The notes below the pieces were generated by a model that was given only the letters and a program-made list of their open reading frames with translations, was not told the DNA's origin and did not search any database. This document shows positions 7,849 to 14,991 of a stretch of 19,524 nt of DNA, piece after piece. This DNA comes from an uncultured Pseudomonadota bacterium. Lineage in GTDB: Bacteria; SAR324; NAC60-12. A program made the translations under genes and the position numbers. The stretch is from positions 1 to 19,524 of the forward strand of contig CAJWCD010000067.1 in assembly GCA_913020725.1 (NCBI GenBank), written 5' to 3'. The first letter of the stretch is position 1, and every line of letters starts with the position of its first letter.

Positions 7849-8945
7849 GATTGCTGCTGGTCGATTGTGAACAGCCGTCCCCGGACTTCTCCAAGCAGTT
7901 CGTGAATGGGCAAATCCGGGATGTCCTTCCACTTCATGAGATCAAGCAGGTGACGCTTGATCCGCCCCCGCGACAATCCGCGCTCCGTCCACTGCTCGTG
8001 GACCGCCTCGAACTCCGAGGGCAGGGGCCGTCCGTCAAGATTGTGGCGCAGCAGATAGCGCAGGGCACTGTCCGGATAAGCCTCCACGAACGTGCCGATG
8101 GCCTTGCGGGTAATCTGCGCGGCTCCGAAAACCACGTCCGTCTCGTCGGTGGGAACGTCCTTCAGTCCGTCCTCGAAATCATCCTCGTCGTCAACCTCCT
8201 CATCCTCCATTGTGTCCAGCAACGCCGCCGTCGAGGGGGCGACCACCACCGGTTCGGGTTCCGGAACTGCGGCCTCAGCCGCAGACGGTTCAGCTTCCGC
8301 CTCAACTTCCGTAATTTCTGGAGGGGCTTCGGCCTCTGTCGGTTTTGCTTCCGCTGCCACGGTCGCTTCGCCAGCAGACGCTTGCTTGCGCTCGTCGGCG
8401 AACATGGCATCCGCCGCCGAAAGTTCGGGGATCTCAAGTTCCGGAGTGAGCAGGTCCAAACCATGCTCCGCTCCCAACGACAAGTCCGGTTCCAGTACCA
8501 GTTTCAAAGGCTCCTCCGGGTCTGCGGCGGGAGTGCCCGATTCCGGTGCCACAGTAGGCGTTGGCGTAGTTTCGGCTGTCACCGCTTCCTCTTCCGGAAC
8601 CTTGATGCTTTTGCGGTAGGTGCCGACGTGATCCTGCACTTGGGGGAATGGATTTGCTTCGGGAAGCGGAGGAATGATGACGGGCACCAGAAAACGCCCA
8701 AAGCGGCGTTGCTGCTCGTACTCGACTTCCGGGCTCAGCTCGGAACTGTCCGCGATGCGGGCGAGGACGTTGGTGGGTTGCGCCCATCCGGAGGGTGATG
8801 CTTGCCGACCGTTGCTGCGCTCACGTCCAAGCTGAAAGCCTTCTTCCGAAATCCGCAGCCGGTCGTCCGGATTGCCAAAGCCCGGCATCCGCTGACGCCA
8901 GAACTCCGCCAGCACGTTTTCCACCTGATACCCCGATCCTGACAT
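7845..8945 (-). CDS. Hypothetical protein with long acidic Glu/Ala/Pro-rich central region
   Basis: 366-aa ORF, co-oriented with and coupled to rppH; low-complexity acidic middle and a helical-looking C-terminal ~95 aa. Confidence 0.8.
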   Translation of the reverse strand: MSGSGYQVENVLAEFWRQRMPGFGNPDDRLRISEEGFQLGRERSNGRQASPSGWAQPTNVLARIADSSELSPEVEYEQQRRFGRFLVPVIIPPLPEANPFPQVQDHVGTYRKSIKVPEEEAVTAETTPTPTVAPESGTPAADPEEPLKLVLEPDLSLGAEHGLDLLTPELEIPELSAADAMFADERKQASAGEATVAAEAKPTEAEAPPEITEVEAEAEPSAAEAAVPEPEPVVVAPSTAALLDTMEDEEVDDEDDFEDGLKDVPTDETDVVFGAAQITRKAIGTFVEAYPDSALRYLLRHNLDGRPLPSEFEAVHEQWTERGLSRGRIKRHLLDLMKWKDIPDLPIHELLGEVRGRLFTIDQQQS

Positions 8946-8981
8946 TGCTTCGATTTGGTTAAACGATAGTGTGCGCGGTCA

Positions 8982-9016
8982 CCGTTATCGGTTAGCAGTT
9001 ATTTACTGTTTACTGT
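8982..9016. repeat. Intergenic inverted heptamer array
   Basis: CCGTTAT CGGTTAG CAGTTAT followed by TTACTGT TTACTGT; CAGT/ACTG arms can pair. Confidence 0.6.
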
Positions 9017-9475
9017 TCAGTAGGTTGGTTTTCGTCGCAGTCCCAGCAGTTGTCCCACTCGTGATGGCTTGGGTTGCAGGTAACGGGTTTGGGTTTGCAG
9101 TTGCCCCAGTTCCCGTGAAACCTGTTGCTTCTCGGTTTGCAGCCGCTGCACGAAGGCGTTTTCGGATTCCTGCAAGGCGTCCAGTGTGGTCTGCAACTCG
9201 CGCAGTGTCTTTCGTTCCTCCTGCGTTGGCGAACGCTGATGCTCCTGCCACCAACGCTCGATGAGGGCATCAAGACGGCGCACCTCCTCCACAACGGTTT
9301 CCTTCTCCTGAACGAGCAAGTCCAACCCGTTCAATTCAATCAGCGCGAATTGCTGCTGCGACAACTCCAACCAGCGCTGAACCTGCCCCAACTTGCGCGT
9401 CACTAGCACTAACAAATCGCTATCGTGCAACCGCGTTCCGGAGGCTTCCAAAGGAGTTTGCTCATCATTTTCCAA
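9017..9475 (-). CDS. FlgN/FliT-like helical flagellar export chaperone (start uncertain)
   Basis: All-helical Q/E/L-rich sequence with LELSQQQ...LDLLVQEKETVVEEVRRLD pattern; probable TTG start (MENDE) overlapping the mnmE end; near flagellins. Confidence 0.55.
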   Translation of the reverse strand: MENDEQTPLEASGTRLHDSDLLVLVTRKLGQVQRWLELSQQQFALIELNGLDLLVQEKETVVEEVRRLDALIERWWQEHQRSPTQEERKTLRELQTTLDALQESENAFVQRLQTEKQQVSRELGQLQTQTRYLQPKPSRVGQLLGLRRKPTY

Positions 9476-10847
9476 TGCAGAACTCCGAAAAAATCCGTGC
9501 CAATAGGTCATCCGCCGTGGTTTCCCCCACCACTGCACCAAGGGCGTTGAGGGCGTGGCGGAGGTCGAGCGCGAGGTACTCCTCGCCCGCATCTTGTTCC
9601 AGAGTCGTCTGAGCTTGCCGCAGGGCATCGAGTGCCTGCTGCGCCGCTTGCTGTTGGCGCAAGTTCGTGATCCACACCTCTTCAGCACGAGGAAGCTCTC
9701 CGCCCATCGCCCGCCGCACCATGCGGGCTTTCAGCAACTCCAGCCCCTCGCCGGTGGTCGCGGACATGCGCACCGCCTCAAAGTCCTGCAACACGGTTTG
9801 CCATGCGTCCTGCACCTCGTTTCCGGAAGGCAGATCTGCCTTGTTCTGCGCCACCAGCGTCCGGGCAGGATCAGCTTCTGCAAGCAGGCGTTGGTCTTCC
9901 GCATCCGGAGGCTGGTTTTGATCGACAACCAGCACCACCAATTCCGCAGCGCTCCAAGTGTTCCGGGTGCGTCGGATACCCTCGGATTCCACCTCGTCGG
10001 AACTCTCCCGGAGTCCGGCGGTGTCGGTGAGCCGAAACGCCAACCCGTGGAGTTGTACCGTCTCTTCAATCAAGTCACGAGTTGTGCCCGGAACCGCCGT
10101 GACAATCGCCCGTGACTCGCGTAGTAGGGCGTTCAGTAGGGAGGATTTCCCAACATTAGGACGCCCGATGAGTGCAGTCGCCACGCCCTCCCGGAGTCGT
10201 CGCCCTTGGTCGGCATGAGCGAGCAAACGCTCCAGCTCACAACTTGCGTCTTCGATGCGACGGAGGCAGTCCTCGCGATGCGTGAAAGTCTCGCCTTCTT
10301 CCGGAAACTCGATGGACGCTTCCACCAGCGACGCGACCTGAATCAACTGCTCCTGCACTGCCGAAATCGCCTCGAACAGTTGCCCCCGGAGTTGCTGTGC
10401 CGCCACCCGCATCCCGCCTTTGGAACGAGCGTGGATGAGGTCACTGATCGCCTCCACACGAGTGAGGTCGAGCCGCCCCTTGAGAAACGCCCGGCGCGTG
10501 AACTCTCCGGGTTCGGCGAGTCGGACCCCTTGCTCAATCAGCAGACCGAGGATTGTTTGTTGGACCAACACACTGCCGTGGCAATGCAGTTCCACCACAT
10601 CTTCGGTCGTGAAAGAACGCGGTTCACGCATGACGACCGCCAGCACTTCGTCCACCCAGCCCTCCGCATCCGCAATCCAGCCATGCCGGAACTGATGCGA
10701 GGGGGCTTCGGAAAGTGCTACTGCACCGCTGCTCCGGAAGATCAACTCTGCCGCTGCAAGTGCCTGTGGGCCGCTGATGCGGATCACCCCTAATCCGGAA
10801 GGCTGCTGGGCGGTGGCAATGGCAGCGATGGTGTCGTCAAGACGCAC
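9465..10847 (-). CDS. mnmE: tRNA modification GTPase MnmE
   Basis: DTIAAIAT, SFTTEDVVELHCHG, GEFTRRAF, GRPNVGKS, DTAG, NKAD, C-terminal FSEFCIGK. Confidence 0.97.
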   Translation of the reverse strand: MRLDDTIAAIATAQQPSGLGVIRISGPQALAAAELIFRSSGAVALSEAPSHQFRHGWIADAEGWVDEVLAVVMREPRSFTTEDVVELHCHGSVLVQQTILGLLIEQGVRLAEPGEFTRRAFLKGRLDLTRVEAISDLIHARSKGGMRVAAQQLRGQLFEAISAVQEQLIQVASLVEASIEFPEEGETFTHREDCLRRIEDASCELERLLAHADQGRRLREGVATALIGRPNVGKSSLLNALLRESRAIVTAVPGTTRDLIEETVQLHGLAFRLTDTAGLRESSDEVESEGIRRTRNTWSAAELVVLVVDQNQPPDAEDQRLLAEADPARTLVAQNKADLPSGNEVQDAWQTVLQDFEAVRMSATTGEGLELLKARMVRRAMGGELPRAEEVWITNLRQQQAAQQALDALRQAQTTLEQDAGEEYLALDLRHALNALGAVVGETTADDLLARIFSEFCIGK

Positions 10848-10904
10848 GGGATGGCAGTGTTAGGAAACGAGGTCACGCAGGTATTTTCTTACCATTCGGG
10901 CGAG

Positions 10905-10930
10905 TCCTTCGACAAACTCAGGGCGAGCGG
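10905..10930. repeat. REP-like dispersed repeat (CCTTCGACAAACTCAGGGCGAGCGG type)
   Basis: Intergenic; reads ARPEFVEG / SFDKLR in spurious frames, the signature of a widespread REP-like family as I recall it. Confidence 0.6.
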
Positions 10931-10959
10931 TGTGCGTCGTGGAGCAGTGAAATCCTTCG

Positions 10960-12396
10960 TTATTCCGGATCGCGGAGCAGCGTGCGGACCACCGATTCTC
11001 GGACTCGGTTGGCTTGCGCGACCGTTGCTGCGGCGACTTCCAACATGATCTTACCCTTAGTGAACTGTGCGAGTTCCAAAGCAAGGTCGGTGTCACGCAG
11101 ACTGGATTCCGCCGCGGTCAGGTTCTCCTCAGCCACACGCAGGTTCGAGGTGCTGCTCTCTAAGGTGTTGCGCTGGATCACTCCGAGGTGCGCACGCATT
11201 GAGGATACCTGATTGACCGCCTCGTCAACAAGGCGAACCGTGTCCGTTGCCGCTCTGGGTGTATACACGTTCACTTCCGAGAGATTCCGGAACCCACTCT
11301 CGTTGGGAACCCCCTGCGAGAGAGAGCCTGAAGCCGTACTGCGGATTGCCACGTCCACACTGTTGGTCGGGGCGGGTCCGATTTGAAACCGCATTGCATT
11401 CTGGAAGACTGTCACCGTGCCGACCTCTCCAAGCTGATCGCCTGTGTAGGACAGGTGCAGTCCGGCAGTTTGCGCGTTGTGATCGTACCCCGTGAGGTGC
11501 ACTCCGTCCCCCTCCATTGCCTCCCCCGCGACGCTCGCTTCCACGTCTTGTCCATAAAAAAGCTTTGGTGCATAGGATTCTGAACCCAGCACTCCCTCCT
11601 TTGAAGTGGTGAGCATGAAACCCTTGGCCAGTCCGTACTCCTGGTGGGTGATGGTCAGTTCGCTTTCCTCCTCGTCATAATGGATGATGAGGTCGAGGTT
11701 CACGCCCTCAGCGGCTCGCTGCAAACGGCTCACAAAAGTTGGAGCCCCGGCTCCAGGAGCGTTGGAGACATCCACCAGTCCCCCGTCTTCCTCCTCCAAG
11801 ATCACCCGTAAACCATCAGCATCGGAGTCGGTCAAATCTCCCACTAACTTTGCTTGCAACGGTAGCTGTGTGACCACCACAGGATAACCCTCAACCGGCG
11901 AGGAGCGCGTTTGCTCGGTTGCGCTGACAAATGTCAGGTCATCCGAATTGCCCACCCCAGTCACCCCCTGACTGCCATCAAGCAAGGGTCGATTGCCAAA
12001 GCGTGTGAACCGGGAAACTCGGTCGATGCCCTCCAAGGCGTAGCGTAGTTCGGACTGCAAGCCCGACAATTCCACGAAATCTCCTGCCCCGGAATTGGCG
12101 GCAGCCAGCGCGGTTTGGCGGATTTCGATGAGCAAGTTGTTCACCTCCGCAAGCGCGCCTTCGGCGGTTTGAATCGTTGAGATCGAAACCTCGGTGTTCC
12201 GCACCGCTTGCCTGATGCTGGCGATTTCTGCCCGTAGGGTTTCCGAAGTGACCAGTGCTCCGGGATCATCTGCCGCCCGGTTGACTCGCTGCCCGGAGGC
12301 AAGACGCTCCAGGGACCGAGCTGTCGCCTGATGCGCTTCCGAGAGCCTCCGGACTGGAGCGGAAGCTGCCGGATCCTCGTTGATTCTCAGGTTCAT
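10960..12396 (-). CDS. fliC: Flagellin (divergent second paralog)
   Basis: SLERLASGQRVNRAADD, IQTAEGALAEV, FGNRPLLDGS, FQIG, ENLTAAESSLRDTDLA; RBS AAAGGA. Confidence 0.93.
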   Translation of the reverse strand: MNLRINEDPAASAPVRRLSEAHQATARSLERLASGQRVNRAADDPGALVTSETLRAEIASIRQAVRNTEVSISTIQTAEGALAEVNNLLIEIRQTALAAANSGAGDFVELSGLQSELRYALEGIDRVSRFTRFGNRPLLDGSQGVTGVGNSDDLTFVSATEQTRSSPVEGYPVVVTQLPLQAKLVGDLTDSDADGLRVILEEEDGGLVDVSNAPGAGAPTFVSRLQRAAEGVNLDLIIHYDEEESELTITHQEYGLAKGFMLTTSKEGVLGSESYAPKLFYGQDVEASVAGEAMEGDGVHLTGYDHNAQTAGLHLSYTGDQLGEVGTVTVFQNAMRFQIGPAPTNSVDVAIRSTASGSLSQGVPNESGFRNLSEVNVYTPRAATDTVRLVDEAVNQVSSMRAHLGVIQRNTLESSTSNLRVAEENLTAAESSLRDTDLALELAQFTKGKIMLEVAAATVAQANRVRESVVRTLLRDPE

Positions 12397-12412
12397 GCGT
12401 CCTTTCCGTATC

Positions 12413-12461
12413 GCTCGGCGGTCTGCTTCCGGAACTCAGTTGCCCCGGAAGCCGACCGAGC
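12413..12461 (-). terminator. Strong hairpin between the two flagellins (attenuator or mRNA-stabilising element)
   Basis: Minus strand GGTC-G-GCTTCCGG-GGC-AACTGA-GTT-CCGGAAGC-A-GACC; no U-tract. Confidence 0.5.
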
Positions 12462-12471
12462 CAAGTCGCTC

Positions 12472-13923
12472 CTACTGGCTGGCCAGCAGGCGCACAACAT
12501 TTTGCGGCACTGCATTGGCTTGTGCAAGCTGTGCGGTGGAGGACTGCACCATGATTTGGTTCCGGGTGAACCGGGCCAGTTCCTCGGCCATGTCGGTGTC
12601 GCGAATCACCGACTCTGCTGCAGTCAAGTTCTCCCGAGCGATCCGCAGAGTGGTGATTGCCGAACCGAACGTGTGGCGCTGGAATGCCCCAAGCTCGCCC
12701 CTCGTTGACGAAATCTCCTCGATCGCCTGATCCACCACGTTCATCGCATCCTGTGCGCCTTGCACGTCGCGCACGTCGATATCAGCAAGAGAGAGGAATT
12801 TACTATCGTTGTCGACTCCCCGTCCAAGTCGGCTGGTGTGCGTATCCGAGATACTGATTCCAGCGGACTGGTTAGGATCCGAGCCAATCTGGAATCGCAG
12901 TCCCCCTTCGACATTGACAGTGCCCACGGTCGTGCCGTTCTTGGCATCGTAGGACATCCCTGTTTTAGGGGCGTAGCGTAGTGCCAGTCCCGCCGTCGTG
13001 CTATTTACGCCGAGGCCAATCAGCAATTGCCCATTGCCATCGGTGCCCTCACCATTGATTGTCCCCTTAACGTCACTTCCAACAAAGCTCTTCGGCGCGC
13101 CGCTTTGCTCGCTGAGTACTCCGGCGGTCGTACTCATGACGGTGAACTTGTGGTCTTCTCCATACTTGTTGTGCGTGACCGTAATCGCACCTTCCGATCC
13201 GGACACCGTCACGTCCAACCCGTTCTTCTCGGCAATGGAGCCGAGCTGTCGAACCGCACCCTCAACCGTCATATTCTTATTGAGCTTGAGGAAGGCGGTG
13301 CGCCCGTTCTCCATGATCGTGAGTTCTTCCCCGGAATCCAACATACTCTCGTTGATCGCCTTGTCCCCGTTCAGAGTAGCTTTGGTGGCCGCCTGCTTGA
13401 TGTTAACGACATAGCCCTTCTCGTCCGAGGCAACGACATCGCCGCTTCCCTTCACAAACTCCAGTCCGGCACCCGTGACTGTCCCGCTAACGGAACCGCT
13501 ACCGTCAAGCAGTTTGCGCCGGCCAAACTGGGTGTTGGAGGCCACACGGTCAATGGCCGCGAGGGCATTCTCGATCTCAGCTTGAGAGGCCTCGACCATT
13601 GCCTCGTCATTTGCGCCCTCGTTGGCTGCTGCAACAGCCCGTTGCCGCACGTCGATGAGCAACCGGGCCACTTCACCCAACGAACCCTCGGCGGTCTGCA
13701 CCATTGAGACACCGGATTCATTGTTGCGGATCGCCTGCTCCAGACCTCCAAGCTGTGCCCGGAGTTTTTCCGAGACCATGAGGGTTGCAGGTCCGTCAGC
13801 GGCGGAATTGATCCGCTGTCCTGATGACAGTTTTTCCAAGCTCTTGCTGAGCTTCGTGTTGTTGCTCTCCAGATGGCGATACGCGATCATGGAGTCAACG
13901 TTAGTGTTGATTCGGAGACTCAT
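12472..13923 (-). CDS. fliC: Flagellin (probable major paralog, 483 aa)
   Basis: Canonical start MSLRINTN at 13923 with RBS AAGGAG; SLEKLSSGQRINSAAD, VQTAEG, FQIG, RGELGAFQ, ENLTAAESVIRDTDMAEE. Confidence 0.96.
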   Translation of the reverse strand: MSLRINTNVDSMIAYRHLESNNTKLSKSLEKLSSGQRINSAADGPATLMVSEKLRAQLGGLEQAIRNNESGVSMVQTAEGSLGEVARLLIDVRQRAVAAANEGANDEAMVEASQAEIENALAAIDRVASNTQFGRRKLLDGSGSVSGTVTGAGLEFVKGSGDVVASDEKGYVVNIKQAATKATLNGDKAINESMLDSGEELTIMENGRTAFLKLNKNMTVEGAVRQLGSIAEKNGLDVTVSGSEGAITVTHNKYGEDHKFTVMSTTAGVLSEQSGAPKSFVGSDVKGTINGEGTDGNGQLLIGLGVNSTTAGLALRYAPKTGMSYDAKNGTTVGTVNVEGGLRFQIGSDPNQSAGISISDTHTSRLGRGVDNDSKFLSLADIDVRDVQGAQDAMNVVDQAIEEISSTRGELGAFQRHTFGSAITTLRIARENLTAAESVIRDTDMAEELARFTRNQIMVQSSTAQLAQANAVPQNVVRLLASQ

Positions 13924-14017
13924 AGCCACTCCTTGTGCTAATGGATTAAATGGATCCTCAATGGAACAGATGCATCCCTCCATGGGATACGATTTCGGGT
14001 TCTGGCATCCGTTCGCC
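13923..14017 (-). promoter_or_regulatory. Three CsrA/RsmA-type ANGGA hairpins in the flagellin leader
   Basis: GGC-GAACGGAT-GCC (14004-14017), ATCCC-ATGGA-GGGAT (13974-13988), CAC-AAGGA-GTG over the RBS. Confidence 0.7.
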
Positions 14018-14124
14018 GCTTCCGGGAATTTCCTGAAAACATTGACCAGCCTTGCCAGCCTCCAGATAAAACGACCTGCATGAGGCCGAGCAATAAAGGG
14101 ACGTTGCGACTCGCCCCCGCAAAT

Positions 14125-14487
14125 TCAACAGTGACGCGTCCCCAGCAGCACCCGGAGCCGTTGCTCCGCACGGGCCAGCCGGTTTGCGTCTTCCTCCCCA
14201 AGCCGAGGAGAGGCGTGATTCAGTTGATTCCAAACGTAAGTGAACGGGGCCTTCTCAGAAGATTGCGGCCCCTCCCCGGGTGCCATGTTCTCACGCAGGG
14301 AACGGACAGAGTCCTCAGATAACGCCGGCAAACGAATCCGTCTACCAAACCGAGAGGACTGCTCCACTCGATCCAACAGTGACCATGCCTGCTCCGTCTC
14401 GTTAACGGACGGTTGGACTGCTCTCGAACTGCGAAACCCCGCAGAATCCTTGAGTTCGCCTACTACTGAGGCTTTACTCCACCACAT
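14125..14487 (-). CDS. Hypothetical protein (120 aa) upstream of flagellin
   Basis: Strong RBS AGAGGAG 6 nt before ATG; fills the interval; no recognised family. Confidence 0.6.
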   Translation of the reverse strand: MWWSKASVVGELKDSAGFRSSRAVQPSVNETEQAWSLLDRVEQSSRFGRRIRLPALSEDSVRSLRENMAPGEGPQSSEKAPFTYVWNQLNHASPRLGEEDANRLARAEQRLRVLLGTRHC

Positions 14488-14769
14488 AATTCACTCCTCT
14501 TGTGGGTGATCAAAATTAACAATTCCTGACAAAACAGCTCTGGAAAATCGACGGAAGTTTTAATCATGAAAAAAATATTTTCCAGACAGATTTTCCTGAA
14601 CCTCAAGGATCATTTTCCCAAAACGCCTAAGTCTCTTTCCACACCAGGAAAAATTTGGCGGACACGGAGGTTGACCTTCCCTTACAGTGAGACTCCGACC
14701 CTGTTGGGTCAAGTCCCCCCGAGTGGGTGGTTCTGTCAGTTTGCCAAAGAACACTTTTGCTGCCGCTCA

Positions 14770-14796
14770 CCTTCCGGACTCATCCCGTCCAGAAGG
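14770..14796 (-). terminator. Hairpin just downstream of the small lipoprotein gene
   Basis: CCTTCTGGAC-GGGATGA-GTCCGGAAGG, 10-bp stem with one G-U on minus; no clear U-tract. Confidence 0.4.
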
Positions 14797-14809
14797 AATC
14801 AGCAGTTCG

Positions 14810-14962
14810 TCAGCACCCGCAGTGGCGGGTGAGTTGGTTGCTCAAAGGCTGTGTTTTCTTTGCAGCCTTCGTACAGTAATCTGTGCAGGGCGTCATGGCC
14901 CCGCAACTCGCGAGCAGCAATGTGAGTGCAACCACCCCTGTTTTCATTCGTCGCTGAGTCAT
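14810..14962 (-). CDS. Small Cys-rich lipoprotein (50 aa; alternative start 14947)
   Basis: MTQRRMKTGVVALTLLLASC = basic n-region, hydrophobic h-region, lipobox LASC; mature part has CxxxC and CxC. Confidence 0.65.
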   Translation of the reverse strand: MTQRRMKTGVVALTLLLASCGAMTPCTDYCTKAAKKTQPLSNQLTRHCGC

Positions 14963-14991
14963 TTTTTCGTTGCGGTTCGTGGTGAAAACTC

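Noticed and set aside
14020..14120. Sigma28 or sigma54 promoter for flagellin
   Set aside because: No adequate TAAA-N15-GCCGATAA; the TGGCAAG candidate lacks the -12 TTGC.
14656..14670. tRNA 3' end or attachment site (minus strand CCTCCGTGTCCGCCA)
   Set aside because: No TTCGA T-loop and no matching 5' acceptor strand.
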